From positions 1-64,000 of the IMG/VR virus record IMGVR_UViG_3300035034_001349: a stretch of 64,000 nucleotides of DNA; one strand, given 5' to 3'. The stretch comes from a virus. The stretch's first letter is position 1, and every line of letters begins with the position of its first letter. The position numbers and the translations under genes are program-made. The notes under the pieces were generated by a model that searched no databases, was not told where the DNA came from, and saw only the letters and a program-made list of their open reading frames with translations. Positions 1-10,579 of this stretch are shown here, piece by piece.

Positions 1-3000
1 CTTAGCCACTCCTCCACCTATAGTTTTATCATATACATTCTTAATACCACGCTTAGCTCTACCTATAGTTTTGTCTTTAATTATACCTAGTGAACTATCT
101 ACGACGTCTCCCATAACTTCATCTAGTGAGCCATCTTCTTTCATAATATGGACTCCATTAATCACAGAGTCTCTAGCTATTTTACCAGTCTTCTCAGTAA
201 ACTTTTCTTTAAACTTTCCGAATGGTGCTTTTATGAAGTTCTTTACTTTTGCAAATATACCTTCTTTTTCTTCTCCACTCTCTCCACCTTTAAATAAATT
301 GCTCATAAATGCCTTAATTTTATCAACAAAGGATACAACAGGTGCACCTATAAATCCAGAACCCAACTTAGGCATTTCTGTCTCATAGAATGGTAGTGCT
401 TTTGTTGGAGGTTGTGGTACTATATCTACAATTCTTACATTCATAATTTTATCTTTAATCTTTTTAGTTATTGATTTACCGTCTTTACCGTCTTTTCCCT
501 TTCTAGAAGCCATCCATCTAAAAGGTGATGTAGCCATGTCAATCATAGATTTACCTAATCCGCCTAGTCCTCTAAGAACTGATGGGATTATATCCATAGC
601 CATTTTAGTAACTCCAGTAACTACTTTGCCAATTGACTGTGCTAGTTTTGTTGCATTATCTAGTATACTAGTAGTAATCTTAGTTAAATTATCTGCCATT
701 GAACTGATTACATTACCTGCAGATTTAATTGCTCCTGATACTACATCTACTGCAACATTCAATCCTTTACCTATTCCCTTAGCTAAAGTTGGACCTATAG
801 TTTTAACAGTTTCTCCAATAAGTGATACTAGTTTCATAGGTAATTTAGCAATCTTCCATAAACCTTTACCCATTTCTTGTACTGATTTAACTGTCTGTCC
901 TGCAACATTAGACATTGACTTAAAAGGGAATGAAATGATTTTAAATGCTTTACCAAAGAAACCTTTTCCTTCTTTAATACTTTCTTCGAACTCTTCCATC
1001 TTTCCACCTAAGCCTACATTACCAAATTTTCTTCTTAAATATAATGCAATATTCTTAGTGTACTTCTTGGTTCCTGCAGTATTTCTACTGATTGATGAAA
1101 GTTTTTCTATTGAGTGTATAGACTCTAAATCATCTAATTTACTCTTATTACTCTTATTAGCTTTTGAATTGATATTTGCTGAAGATATAGAACCATTACC
1201 CATTAATATATCAGGTATACTTGCACTAATTCCATTACTCCCACTTCCACTACCTTTACTTCCAATACCAAATGCACCTAAGAACTTTTCCATTAGTCCT
1301 GCAGTCTTTTTAGTATGTGTAGCAATCTCAGAAGATTTTTCAGCAGTTGTCTTTATATTAGTTGCCTCACGCTCTTTAGAAGACTTTTCTATACTATCTG
1401 CCTTCTTACGTTCTTTTCTTTCAGCTTTACGTCTTGCTCTTGCTTCTTTACTCATGAAGTTTAGTATTCCATTACCCTTCTTATCAACTTCTATTCCTAA
1501 GTCATCTGATTCACCAGTTAATGCACTTCCTGCATATGCTAAGTTCATTCCTCTATGCTTATTTCTTAGGCTTTCACTAGCATCCTTTATAATACTCACT
1601 GGTAATTTAAACATTGACTTAAATATATTAATTAAAGAGTTCTTAATTGTGTCTAATGCATCACTCATTGGCTCTACTATTTTCTCATGGAATGTTTCAG
1701 AGAAAGTAGTACCATAGTATTTAGCAAAACTTTCATTTAAATTATCTGCCATATGCTTTATTACACTTGAACCCCAATCTTTGAAATTACCCATCTGAAC
1801 TTTAAACTCTTCCCAAAATGGTCTCATAGATTTCTTAATTGGATTAAATACTTCTTCAGTCATAAAAGTTCTTAAGTCATCAAATGTGTCAAATATAGTT
1901 CTCTTAATTGGTTCATAGATATTTTCTCGTGTATATGTTATTGCTGATGAGAATAAACCTTCATTATCTTCATCACCTAAAAGGAATAATTTACCCTTTT
2001 CAAATAGTTCAGAAGTCTTTATCTTAACTTCATCAACAAATCCACCAGATCTAAATAACTTACCATCTTTCTCATATTCTTCCCCAAATAAATAATTCTT
2101 AGCAGGATTTATAATATTGTCAGTTATAGTATCTTGTGCATTTTTCAGTATACCACGTTTCTTAATAACATTACCTTCAGAGTCAAGTTCTTCTTCACCT
2201 ACGAAGAATTGCTTAAAGTTTCTTCCCCATTTATAGAATAAACCATCATCTTTGTCATATAAGTATTCCTGAACATTATCCATTCCATGCACATAGCCTG
2301 CAACAGCACCAATTACCTTACCATACCCTGGTATAAACATTGAGCCTAATAAAGAACCTGCAGTAGCATGTGCTAAACTAGTCTTAACTTCTTCATTAAT
2401 AACACCACTAGCTACACGATTACCATCTGAGTCTAGTTCCCCAAATAAATACTGTTCTACTTTATTTCCATAGTTAATCATATTTTCTCTAAATGACTCT
2501 AATATTCCCATACCTTTTTCTTTAACACTATCAGCATATCCATTTTCACCAAATAATGATTCAGATATATTTGCAGAGATATTGCTTACATTATTCTTAA
2601 ATCTTGTTATTACTCCACCACTCTTAATGATATTTCCTTTAGCATCCATCTCTTGCTCACTGAATAAGAAATTCTTAGTAGGGTTTACTAGATAGTCACT
2701 AAACCATTCCTTAACAGATGTGAATATACCTTTATCAAATATTGAGTCAGATGGTACATTCCCATTACTATCTTTGTCACCAAACATTAATTTATTTAGT
2801 GGCTTAAATATAGACTCATTAAACTTTTTACCTATCGAGTTAAATAAACCGTCATCCTTCTCTCTATTCTTATCATTTCCAAAGAAAACGTTAGCTAATG
2901 ATTTAGATGCCTTATCAGCACCTCTTTCTAATGCCTTAAATGGTACTGATAATAATTTCTTAGCTTTATCGGTAAATTTGTTATCAGATGAAAATATATC

Positions 3001-4689
3001 ATTCATGAATTCACTTACGGATTTGTCTTTATCATCTTTCTTATTCTTCTTATCATAGAATGTAGAATTTTTAGTATCTCTAGTACTATTAAAATCCTTT
3101 TTAAGTTGTCTATCATTAAGTGCCTGCATTATACCACTATCTGCAAAATCTACACTAGAGCCTTCTTTAAATAAGAAATCTTTATATGAGTCCTGTGCCC
3201 CAACTATGGATGATGATATCTTCATAGCTAGTTCAGGATTATCTTGAATTAAACTGTTAACCATATCTACTGATGTCGAATTATTTAATGAACCGTCTAT
3301 ATGCTTCTTAGTCAATGCTTTATCAGGACTTTTACCTCTCATATTATAACCGTCTAATATCTTATCTATATCATTTCTTAATGACTTTCCTAATTCAGAA
3401 TCGGCAGTTATCCCTTTATCCTTAAGGATACCATTATACACTTCTAATTTGTCTTCGTCTCTTCCACTCATTATGTTTCGAATACTATCTTTACGGTCAT
3501 CTAATAATTTTTGCTTACCACGAAATACACCTTCTTCATAGTCATATACCATTTCTTTTTGACCTGATATTGCACTGTGAATTTTAGATAATAATGTAGG
3601 TATAACTTCTGTTATAGCTTTTCTAGTAACACCATCAAAACTAGTACTACCCTTTTTATATATATCTGATTTAGGCTCATTAGACCAACCAGTAGATAGT
3701 CCTAACATTCCACCTAAGAATTTCTTAAATGGATTGTCCTCTAATGCCCAATCATTCATTTTTAATATAAATGCGGAAGGAAGTCCTTTAATAATATCAT
3801 CTAAGTTTTTCATAGAGTCTTTAAAACTTTGCGGTATTACAGCATTAATAGTTTCTTCCATTACAAACTTAAGTGGATTAGCTATTACTTCTTCTAACAG
3901 CATACCGAACATTCCACCACCGCTTTTAGCATTCTTAACTACTTCACTCATATAATTACTAAAGCTCATTTGACCATTATAACTTATAACTCTATCAAAC
4001 TGAGATTTTCTTCTTTCAATACTTTCATCTTCATCAGTACCCATAAATTTATTTCTACTAGTTTGTAAATCTACTAGCTTTTCTAACTTATTATTTATAT
4101 CTGCCATGTTTCCAACCATTGCAGCTCTGTACTTACCAGTCTTTTGATAATGAGTAAGTGTAGCTTCTTGATTGAATTGATTTATTTGATTCATCTGCTC
4201 TGACATAACTGACATAGATCTTAGTATATTATCATTCAATAATATATTTAATCCTGATTGCTTCTTCATTTCATTAGCAACAACTTCAGTGTCGGGTCCA
4301 TTTATATTAACTTGATTCATAGTCTTCCGATTGTCTTTTATTATTTTATTTGACTGTATATTGGTTCCACCATCTGATGTAGTAGTTTCACTAACATCAT
4401 CTTCAAAATCGAAGTCATCATCAAAACCATCATCAAAAAAATCACTAGTATCATTATCACTAGTACCATTCTTTATGTCATTCTTTAAATTCTTCATCAA
4501 GTTTCCGCCAGTATCATCCCACTTAGTCATACCACGTTCAACTAATCTGCGATGGTCTATCATCATCTTTCTAGACTGCTGGGGAAGGCTTATATTTCTT
4601 TTATAATCAGCAACAGTAGGCATTACTGTACCTAACGCACTTGGAATAGAGTATAGGAACGACTTACCTAAATTTTTTATTACACTCAT
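1..4689 (-). CDS. Tape-measure-like / large tail protein, partial (>=1563 aa, runs off the left edge; absent from the ORF track)
   Basis: ATG at 4689 follows an AAGAAAGGGG SD and a late promoter. The frame was open wherever I spot-checked it (MSVIKNLGKSFLYSIPSALG..., FDGVTRKAITEVIPTLLSKI...YD, MFIPGYGKVIGAVAGY glycine zipper, down to position 1). The + strand shadow ORFs all lie in one register, as expected over a single long gene. Confidence 0.75.
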   Translation of the reverse strand, partial: MSVIKNLGKSFLYSIPSALGTVMPTVADYKRNISLPQQSRKMMIDHRRLVERGMTKWDDTGGNLMKNLKNDIKNGTSDNDTSDFFDDGFDDDFDFEDDVSETTTSDGGTNIQSNKIIKDNRKTMNQVNINGPDTEVVANEMKKQSGLNILLNDNILRSMSVMSEQMNQINQFNQEATLTHYQKTGKYRAAMVGNMADINNKLEKLVDLQTSRNKFMGTDEDESIERRKSQFDRVISYNGQMSFSNYMSEVVKNAKSGGGMFGMLLEEVIANPLKFVMEETINAVIPQSFKDSMKNLDDIIKGLPSAFILKMNDWALEDNPFKKFLGGMLGLSTGWSNEPKSDIYKKGSTSFDGVTRKAITEVIPTLLSKIHSAISGQKEMVYDYEEGVFRGKQKLLDDRKDSIRNIMSGRDEDKLEVYNGILKDKGITADSELGKSLRNDIDKILDGYNMRGKSPDKALTKKHIDGSLNNSTSVDMVNSLIQDNPELAMKISSSIVGAQDSYKDFLFKEGSSVDFADSGIMQALNDRQLKKDFNSTRDTKNSTFYDKKNKKDDKDKSVSEFMNDIFSSDNKFTDKAKKLLSVPFKALERGADKASKSLANVFFGNDKNREKDDGLFNSIGKKFNESIFKPLNKLMFGDKDSNGNVPSDSIFDKGIFTSVKEWFSDYLVNPTKNFLFSEQEMDAKGNIIKSGGVITRFKNNVSNISANISESLFGENGYADSVKEKGMGILESFRENMINYGNKVEQYLFGELDSDGNRVASGVINEEVKTSLAHATAGSLLGSMFIPGYGKVIGAVAGYVHGMDNVQEYLYDKDDGLFYKWGRNFKQFFVGEEELDSEGNVIKKRGILKNAQDTITDNIINPAKNYLFGEEYEKDGKLFRSGGFVDEVKIKTSELFEKGKLFLLGDEDNEGLFSSAITYTRENIYEPIKRTIFDTFDDLRTFMTEEVFNPIKKSMRPFWEEFKVQMGNFKDWGSSVIKHMADNLNESFAKYYGTTFSETFHEKIVEPMSDALDTIKNSLINIFKSMFKLPVSIIKDASESLRNKHRGMNLAYAGSALTGESDDLGIEVDKKGNGILNFMSKEARARRKAERKERKKADSIEKSSKEREATNIKTTAEKSSEIATHTKKTAGLMEKFLGAFGIGSKGSGSGSNGISASIPDILMGNGSISSANINSKANKSNKSKLDDLESIHSIEKLSSISRNTAGTKKYTKNIALYLRRKFGNVGLGGKMEEFEESIKEGKGFFGKAFKIISFPFKSMSNVAGQTVKSVQEMGKGLWKIAKLPMKLVSLIGETVKTIGPTLAKGIGKGLNVAVDVVSGAIKSAGNVISSMADNLTKITTSILDNATKLAQSIGKVVTGVTKMAMDIIPSVLRGLGGLGKSMIDMATSPFRWMASRKGKDGKDGKSITKKIKDKIMNVRIVDIVPQPPTKALPFYETEMPKLGSGFIGAPVVSFVDKIKAFMSNLFKGGESGEEKEGIFAKVKNFIKAPFGKFKEKFTEKTGKIARDSVINGVHIMKEDGSLDEVMGDVVDSSLGIIKDKTIGRAKRGIKNVYDKTIGGGVAK

Positions 4690-4751
4690 ATGACACATTG
4701 CCCCTTTCTTTAACTATTTATTTATATGTATATCCGATATCTCAATTTAAT

Positions 4752-4763
4752 TAATCTATTGTT
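4752..4763 (-). promoter_or_regulatory. Late promoter AACA-N6-TA
   Basis: AACA ATAGAT TA on the minus strand, upstream of the tape-measure-like gene. Confidence 0.7.
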
Positions 4764-4791
4764 ATAGTATAACGATTATATGAAAAATAAT

Positions 4792-4830
4792 CAAAAAAAA
4801 AATACCTACCGTATGTGGGTGGTAGGTATT
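4792..4830 (-). terminator. Intrinsic terminator
   Basis: AATACCTACC/GGTAGGTATT stem followed by a T run on the minus strand. Confidence 0.7.
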
Positions 4831-4893
4831 TAACTATATACATACAAGGCGTGGTAGCATTATAGTATATAAGCGTAACTCGTATGATGAATT

Positions 4894-5110
4894 AACATCA
4901 TAATAAAGTAGTCTATCCTAATTTGAAAAATTATATACTTAAGATAGTATCAATTTGTTAACTAGATTAAAAGGTTTTAATTAACATTGATAAAGATTCC
5001 CAACATAATAGCTGGTTAAAGGATGTTGATATACAACTATGTTACGTCTACCACTTTATTCGATCGTTTCGTTTATTTACGATTGTGTGGATAGACTACT
5101 TTATTATGAA
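4894..5110 (+). ncRNA. Candidate structured non-coding RNA
   Basis: A 21-bp perfect inverted repeat (4898-4918 / 5089-5109) encloses several internal hairpins. AACA-N6-TA at 4894-4905. No ORF in the track. Confidence 0.4.
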
Positions 5111-5145
5111 CACGAGATACCACTAATATAGTAGTATCTCGTGTT
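5109..5145. terminator. Hairpin / terminator
   Basis: AACACGAGATAC...GTATCTCGTGTT stem, downstream of the HU-like gene. Confidence 0.6.
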
Positions 5146-5182
5146 AAAATTTATATAATGATTTATTTAGAATCTATTGATT

Positions 5183-5797
5183 CTAAACTTCATATTCTTC
5201 ACCTTCAAGTGTAGTGAAAATTCCTTTTTCTTTGTCATATTTACCTTTAACTTTTAAATCTTCTGGGTCTACATTAACATATTCTATACGTAATTCAACA
5301 CGGTTATGTGGGAATACTAATGTATCATGTTCGACCTTTTCTAAGTTAGAACCATACGCACGTAAATCAACATACTTATTCTTGTAAGCTGCACCTAATA
5401 CAGTATCTTTGTAAGAACACCCTGAAATAACATCTTTTAATAATGTACTGTATACTTCCATGATATCTCCAGCAACTCTCTTATTAACTCCAATACCTGC
5501 ATCATTTAATCTCTCAGCAAAGTTGTGTAAGAATTGTGCCTTTGTACATGTGCCTTCTTCTGGAATTTCAAATTGAGACATATCTACTTCAGGTTCATTA
5601 GTTAAATCAACCTTCTTCTTAACAGTTGTTTCTTTCTCAACGATTTCTTCTTCAGAAGTCATTTCTTCTTCAACTACTTCTTCCTTTTCAACTGGCTTCT
5701 TTACAGGTGCTTTCTTTACTACTTTCTTCTTAACTACCTTCTTGTTTACTTCCTTAGGTGAAAATGACTTCTTTTTAATATTCTTCTTTAGTGCCAT
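5183..5797 (-). CDS. HU/IHF-like DNA-binding protein with Lys-rich (histone H1-like) and acidic N-terminal extension
   Basis: KKVVKKKVVKKAPVKKP tail; TKAQFLHNFAERL...NKRVAGDIMEVYSTLLKDVI resembles HU helices 1-2 and is followed by a beta-arm-like region. Confidence 0.5.
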   Translation of the reverse strand: MALKKNIKKKSFSPKEVNKKVVKKKVVKKAPVKKPVEKEEVVEEEMTSEEEIVEKETTVKKKVDLTNEPEVDMSQFEIPEEGTCTKAQFLHNFAERLNDAGIGVNKRVAGDIMEVYSTLLKDVISGCSYKDTVLGAAYKNKYVDLRAYGSNLEKVEHDTLVFPHNRVELRIEYVNVDPEDLKVKGKYDKEKGIFTTLEGEEYEV

Positions 5798-5869
5798 AAT
5801 TATAACATCCTCCTCATTAATCTTTTATAAGTATTTATTTACTTATAATTATCCTTATAACTTCATTTA

Positions 5870-6360
5870 AATAATATATAATTAAAAACTATAATAACTT
5901 TAAATATAACCATATTTAGTACCTGTGATAGATTAAATTTGACTATATACAATATATTAATAACAATACTTATTGTATTAAATATAAGTAAAATTAAAAT
6001 TATTATAATTATTATCACTATAATAATATATAATTAGATATCATATTAAAATAAATTATTAATTAATTATTAATTTTAAATCTTTAAAAAATATTATATT
6101 ATTAATCATAATCTTCAATTATTTATTATTAATATTTTTTATTTATATCAATATTATGTATTAAGGTAAATATTTTTTGTTAAAATACTATTATAACATA
6201 GATATTAATAAGGTTAAAATTATATTAATATTTAAAGTAAAGGGGATATGGGGTTATAATTAATTATTTATATTTATTATAATTATATTGAATTATCATA
6301 AATTATACAAATAATTTTAGTTATAACAATTAATTAATCGAAATATAAATAATAAATAAT
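5870..6360. other. Extremely AT-rich intergenic tract with divergent promoters; origin-like
   Basis: Nearly G/C-free. Early motifs at ~5871 and ~6014-6032 (-), late motif at 6325 (+), G-rich box AAGGGGATATGGGTT at ~6240. Confidence 0.4.
6325..6336 (+). promoter_or_regulatory. Late promoter AACA-N6-TA
   Basis: AACA ATTAAT TA upstream of the RNAP beta gene. Confidence 0.7.
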
Positions 6361-6382
6361 AAATGAAAGAGAGGTATATTTT

Positions 6383-9300
6383 ATGATAAAAGTTTTATCA
6401 GAACTAAAGGATACTTATATCTATAAAAATTTGAAACTAATCTTCAATGAAGAAGATAAGCGTAATAACACAGTATTATTCCATTTATCCAATGGTAAGA
6501 ATGATTTAAAAGAATTGGTAAAAATGGATTACTATAAACCTAATCATATACGGTCTTATTATTGTCCAAAGACACTAAGTATTAAATCTGCTCCAATTAA
6601 TAAAATCAAAAGAATAGACCAGAATGAAGTATACAAGGTTGTAAAGAACGAGTATAAATATATAAATTACTTCAGGGTTAAATTGAAAATGTATGGTACA
6701 AAGAATATGTACTATGATATGTCTTTTGAAAATAATCACTTCTTTAATAGTGTAACTATGAGTGGACCAGTTATGTATGGCTATTATAAGAACTTTTTAA
6801 ATGAGGTTATAAATCAAAAAGAATTTGAGGGTAAGAAGAAAGTTGTATTTGTAAAGATGAATAATAAGTTATCATCAGACGAACCTAATAATCCTGCTAA
6901 AATATTATATAGTCTTATATATAGACGTATGTTATTAGAAAATGATTTAAAAGATATAACATTTATATTCTATTCAACTAAACAGAACTTACTATTCAAA
7001 GTTAGTAACTTCAATGATATTAATATATCTAAATTTAAGAATTTACTAGGATTAATTAATTCCTTAGAGACTGGTAAAACTATGACTCCTACTGAACTAA
7101 ATTTACTTAATTCAGATAGCGATAGTGAAGGAGAAATGAATATAAGTAAGGAAGCTAATAAAAGTGGTATGTTAGATTCCTTAATGAGTAAGATTAAAAA
7201 GGGTATGAATTTGGAGCCTAAGGTACATGCGTTGACAGGTGAAGATATAGATGTCATTGATAATATAGAAGAAATTACTGAAAAATTTATAGACGAACAT
7301 CCTGATATAGATAATATAGAAGACTTAGAGGATTCATTAAATGATAATGAAGAATTCCTAAGATATCTAAATGATTTAAAAGAAGAAAAAGCTGAAGCAG
7401 TAGAAAATAAAGTCATAGATTCAAGAGTTAATAAATTAAAGTCTGCACAGAGTGAAGTAGAGTTAGATAATGTTACTATTGACAGTATACTCGATAATTT
7501 TAAGATGTCATCAATTGAAATAGATGAGATGAATAATATAGGTACACTTCATGACGAAATAAAAATAAGTAAACTTAAAGACTTAGATAGTAATTATAAC
7601 AAGTATCAAAATCAAAAAGACTTTTCATCAGTAATAACAGCATTTAATAATGATGACGATATCAAATTATATGTAAGAAATATTGAAAGAGAAGATACAT
7701 CTGATTCATTCAATAAAAAAGAAACTATTACTATCAAGTTTAGAGATTCTAAGAATGAGGACCATACATTTAAGGTTGATTTACCTAAAATAGTAGACGA
7801 TAGATTTTTATTTTTAAATGGCGGTAAGAAATCAATAGCTAAACAGTTGACATTGTTGCCTATCGTTAAGACTAAGGAAGATACAGTTCAAATAACTTCA
7901 AACTACAATAAGATATTCCTGACTAGATTTGGGAATAAGATAAATCCTAATACTGAGAAGATAAGAAAATATTTACTTGGTAGTGATAGTCATGAGTCTA
8001 TTAAAATCCAAAAGGGTAACAATAGTGAAGTTAATAGTAACTATGATAATACATTAGAATATGATGATATATCGAATAATTTTATTAGAATTGATGTTGG
8101 AGATTATACATTTAGATTCAATCGTGGTAAGATAGAGAATGAGGTTGAAAGTAAAGGTATAAATCTTGATGGCTTGATAAATGGTAATGAATACTTATTA
8201 GGTTGGATTAAGAGAAAAGCATTAATAGTAAATAAAGAAGATGGTCATGTATATATTCGCCATCACTATCATAATGAAATAAAGAGTGAAGTGTTTGCAG
8301 AGTCAGTAGTTAAGGCTATCATAAATGCAATAGTTGTTACTTCAGGTGATGAGACTATAAAAAGTGATATAATGAATATAAATACTGGTTCTAGATTTGT
8401 TTATTCAAGAGCATCAGTAATAGGTAGAAAATTTCCGTTAGTTATAATATTAGGATTCTATAAAGGTTTAGAAAATATTATGAATAGCTATGAAATGGAA
8501 TATGAATTTTTAGAAGAGCGTAAGAAATTAACTCCAGATGAGAAAGCCAACTATAATGTAGTTAAGTTCAAGGATGGTTACTTATATTATAAAAATAATA
8601 TGATACGTTACTCTTTACTAATGAATGGACTATATGTAGCTAATACTGAAGAATATAACTTCGATGATTTCAATGATACTGAAGTATACCTTGATGTATT
8701 TAGTAATAAATATGGTAGTAGAAATATTTCAAAGGGTATAAATAATATGCTTAATCTTATATTAGATCCTATCACTATTGAAGTACTGGAAAATATGGAT
8801 ATGCCAACTGATATAGATAAACTATTATTAGAAGGTAATACATTATTAGAGAATAAAAACTACAGTGGTATTAATAATATGACTAACTATCGTATTAGAG
8901 GCAATGAATTAATTAATGCACACTTATACAAAGTATTAGCTGATGCATTTAGAGTTTATAAGGATACATCTAGATTAGGCACACCTAAGAAAATCACTGC
9001 AAGACAAGATGTTATCACTAAAAAACTTCTTGAGAGCCCGTTAATAGATGAATATTCAGTACTTAATCCAGTAAGTGAAGTTGAAAGAATGGGTAAAGTA
9101 TCCTATAAGGGACTAAGTGGAACAAATAGTGACCATGCATTTACTCTTGACATGAGAGCATATGATAAAAGTATGTTAGGTTTCTTTGGAATGAATAGCC
9201 CAGATAGTAGTAAGATAGGTACAGTTAGACAATTATCATTTAATCCTAAGATTAAAAATACCCGTGGTATAATTGATGATGACATTGATGTTAATCATAT

Positions 9301-10537
9301 GAATCCATCAGATATGCTAACACCTGCTGAGTTGTTATCTCCGTTTACTTCTCGCAAGGCAGATCCTCCAAGGATTGGAATGCAAGTCACACAGAGTAAA
9401 CACATCATGCCTACAAAGATATCAGATAAACCATTATTCGGCTCAGGAGTAGAACGAGCTTTACCTCAAATGATTGGTTCTGATTTTGTATTTAAGTCTA
9501 AGCAAGATGGTGTAGTTGAAAGGTTAGATGAAAAAAATCAATTAATGATATTAAAATATAAGGATGGCACTAAGGATATTGTGGATCTATCTCCAGTGCA
9601 AGCTAAGAATAGTAACGGTGGGTTTTACATTACAAATAAAAAAGATCCCCTAGTATCAGAAGGGGATAGTTTTAATAAAAGCGATATACTTGCTAAAAAT
9701 CCTCAATTCTTCCAATCTGTAAAATCGTTTGGGGATGATTGTGAAACATATGTTACTGGTAAGTTAACAAAGGTAGCTATAGCAAGTGGTGATTATACTA
9801 TGGAAGATAGTAGTATGGTAACTACTAATCTATCTAAGGATATGTCATCAAAGGTAACTATGAAAAAGACCTTAAACTTAGGTGTTAACTCTAATATAGA
9901 CTTTATGATAAAAAATGGTTCTAAAGTTAAGACGGGTGACCCATTACTTAAATTTGAACAATCATTTGATGAAAAGGAAGCAAATAAATTACTGAGTTCT
10001 ATTGGTAGTGAATTTGATAGTATGATTGATGAGTTATCTAAAAATGTTGTGAGTAGTAAATATACAGGTGTTATATCTGATATTGTAATCTACTATAATC
10101 GTGACATGGAAGATTTTACAGAGTCCATACAAAAGGTTCTTAAGAAATACATTAGGAACATAGAAAGACGTAAGAAAGTTGCTAAGGATATTAGTGATGA
10201 AAATCTAGTATTCCCACCTACATCAAAGGTTAATAGTGATAAAATCAATGGCGAAGAAGTTGATGGAATCATGATTGAGTTCTATATAACATATGAGGAT
10301 AATATGGGAATAGGAGACAAGGTAGTATTTGATACTAGTTTAAAGTCAATTATAGGTAAGACAATTGATAGTAGTAAAGCACCAACAACTGTTAGAAACA
10401 CAGATGAGGAGATTTCAGCAATAGTATCGCCTTTGTCTATAGTTTCACGTATGACAACAGATGTATATTCTAAGTTATATTTAAATAAGGTGCTTATAGA
10501 ACTGAAGGATGAAGTTAGAAAGATAGTTGAAGAATAA
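6383..10537 (+). CDS. Virion RNA polymerase beta-like subunit (PhiKZ gp178-type)
   Basis: 1384 aa. Beta motifs FLNGGKK..QL, SPDSSKIG, DPPRIGMQVTQSKH, MEDS, GIGDK, and PLSIVSRM. Late promoter. Confidence 0.88.
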   Translation: MIKVLSELKDTYIYKNLKLIFNEEDKRNNTVLFHLSNGKNDLKELVKMDYYKPNHIRSYYCPKTLSIKSAPINKIKRIDQNEVYKVVKNEYKYINYFRVKLKMYGTKNMYYDMSFENNHFFNSVTMSGPVMYGYYKNFLNEVINQKEFEGKKKVVFVKMNNKLSSDEPNNPAKILYSLIYRRMLLENDLKDITFIFYSTKQNLLFKVSNFNDINISKFKNLLGLINSLETGKTMTPTELNLLNSDSDSEGEMNISKEANKSGMLDSLMSKIKKGMNLEPKVHALTGEDIDVIDNIEEITEKFIDEHPDIDNIEDLEDSLNDNEEFLRYLNDLKEEKAEAVENKVIDSRVNKLKSAQSEVELDNVTIDSILDNFKMSSIEIDEMNNIGTLHDEIKISKLKDLDSNYNKYQNQKDFSSVITAFNNDDDIKLYVRNIEREDTSDSFNKKETITIKFRDSKNEDHTFKVDLPKIVDDRFLFLNGGKKSIAKQLTLLPIVKTKEDTVQITSNYNKIFLTRFGNKINPNTEKIRKYLLGSDSHESIKIQKGNNSEVNSNYDNTLEYDDISNNFIRIDVGDYTFRFNRGKIENEVESKGINLDGLINGNEYLLGWIKRKALIVNKEDGHVYIRHHYHNEIKSEVFAESVVKAIINAIVVTSGDETIKSDIMNINTGSRFVYSRASVIGRKFPLVIILGFYKGLENIMNSYEMEYEFLEERKKLTPDEKANYNVVKFKDGYLYYKNNMIRYSLLMNGLYVANTEEYNFDDFNDTEVYLDVFSNKYGSRNISKGINNMLNLILDPITIEVLENMDMPTDIDKLLLEGNTLLENKNYSGINNMTNYRIRGNELINAHLYKVLADAFRVYKDTSRLGTPKKITARQDVITKKLLESPLIDEYSVLNPVSEVERMGKVSYKGLSGTNSDHAFTLDMRAYDKSMLGFFGMNSPDSSKIGTVRQLSFNPKIKNTRGIIDDDIDVNHMNPSDMLTPAELLSPFTSRKADPPRIGMQVTQSKHIMPTKISDKPLFGSGVERALPQMIGSDFVFKSKQDGVVERLDEKNQLMILKYKDGTKDIVDLSPVQAKNSNGGFYITNKKDPLVSEGDSFNKSDILAKNPQFFQSVKSFGDDCETYVTGKLTKVAIASGDYTMEDSSMVTTNLSKDMSSKVTMKKTLNLGVNSNIDFMIKNGSKVKTGDPLLKFEQSFDEKEANKLLSSIGSEFDSMIDELSKNVVSSKYTGVISDIVIYYNRDMEDFTESIQKVLKKYIRNIERRKKVAKDISDENLVFPPTSKVNSDKINGEEVDGIMIEFYITYEDNMGIGDKVVFDTSLKSIIGKTIDSSKAPTTVRNTDEEISAIVSPLSIVSRMTTDVYSKLYLNKVLIELKDEVRKIVEE

Positions 10538-10540
10538 AAA

Positions 10541-10572
10541 AAAAAGAATATACTTAATTGTATATTCTTTTT
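10541..10572. terminator. Bidirectional terminator
   Basis: AAAAAGAATATAC-TTAATT-GTATATTCTTTTT between convergent genes. Confidence 0.8.
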
Positions 10573-10579
10573 ATTCTTA

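Noticed and set aside
71-4606. + strand ORFs 71..388, 536..1717, 2720..3058, 3734..3955 and 4331..4606
   Set aside because: These are S/L/I/F-rich antisense shadows, all in one register over the long minus-strand gene, with no SD.
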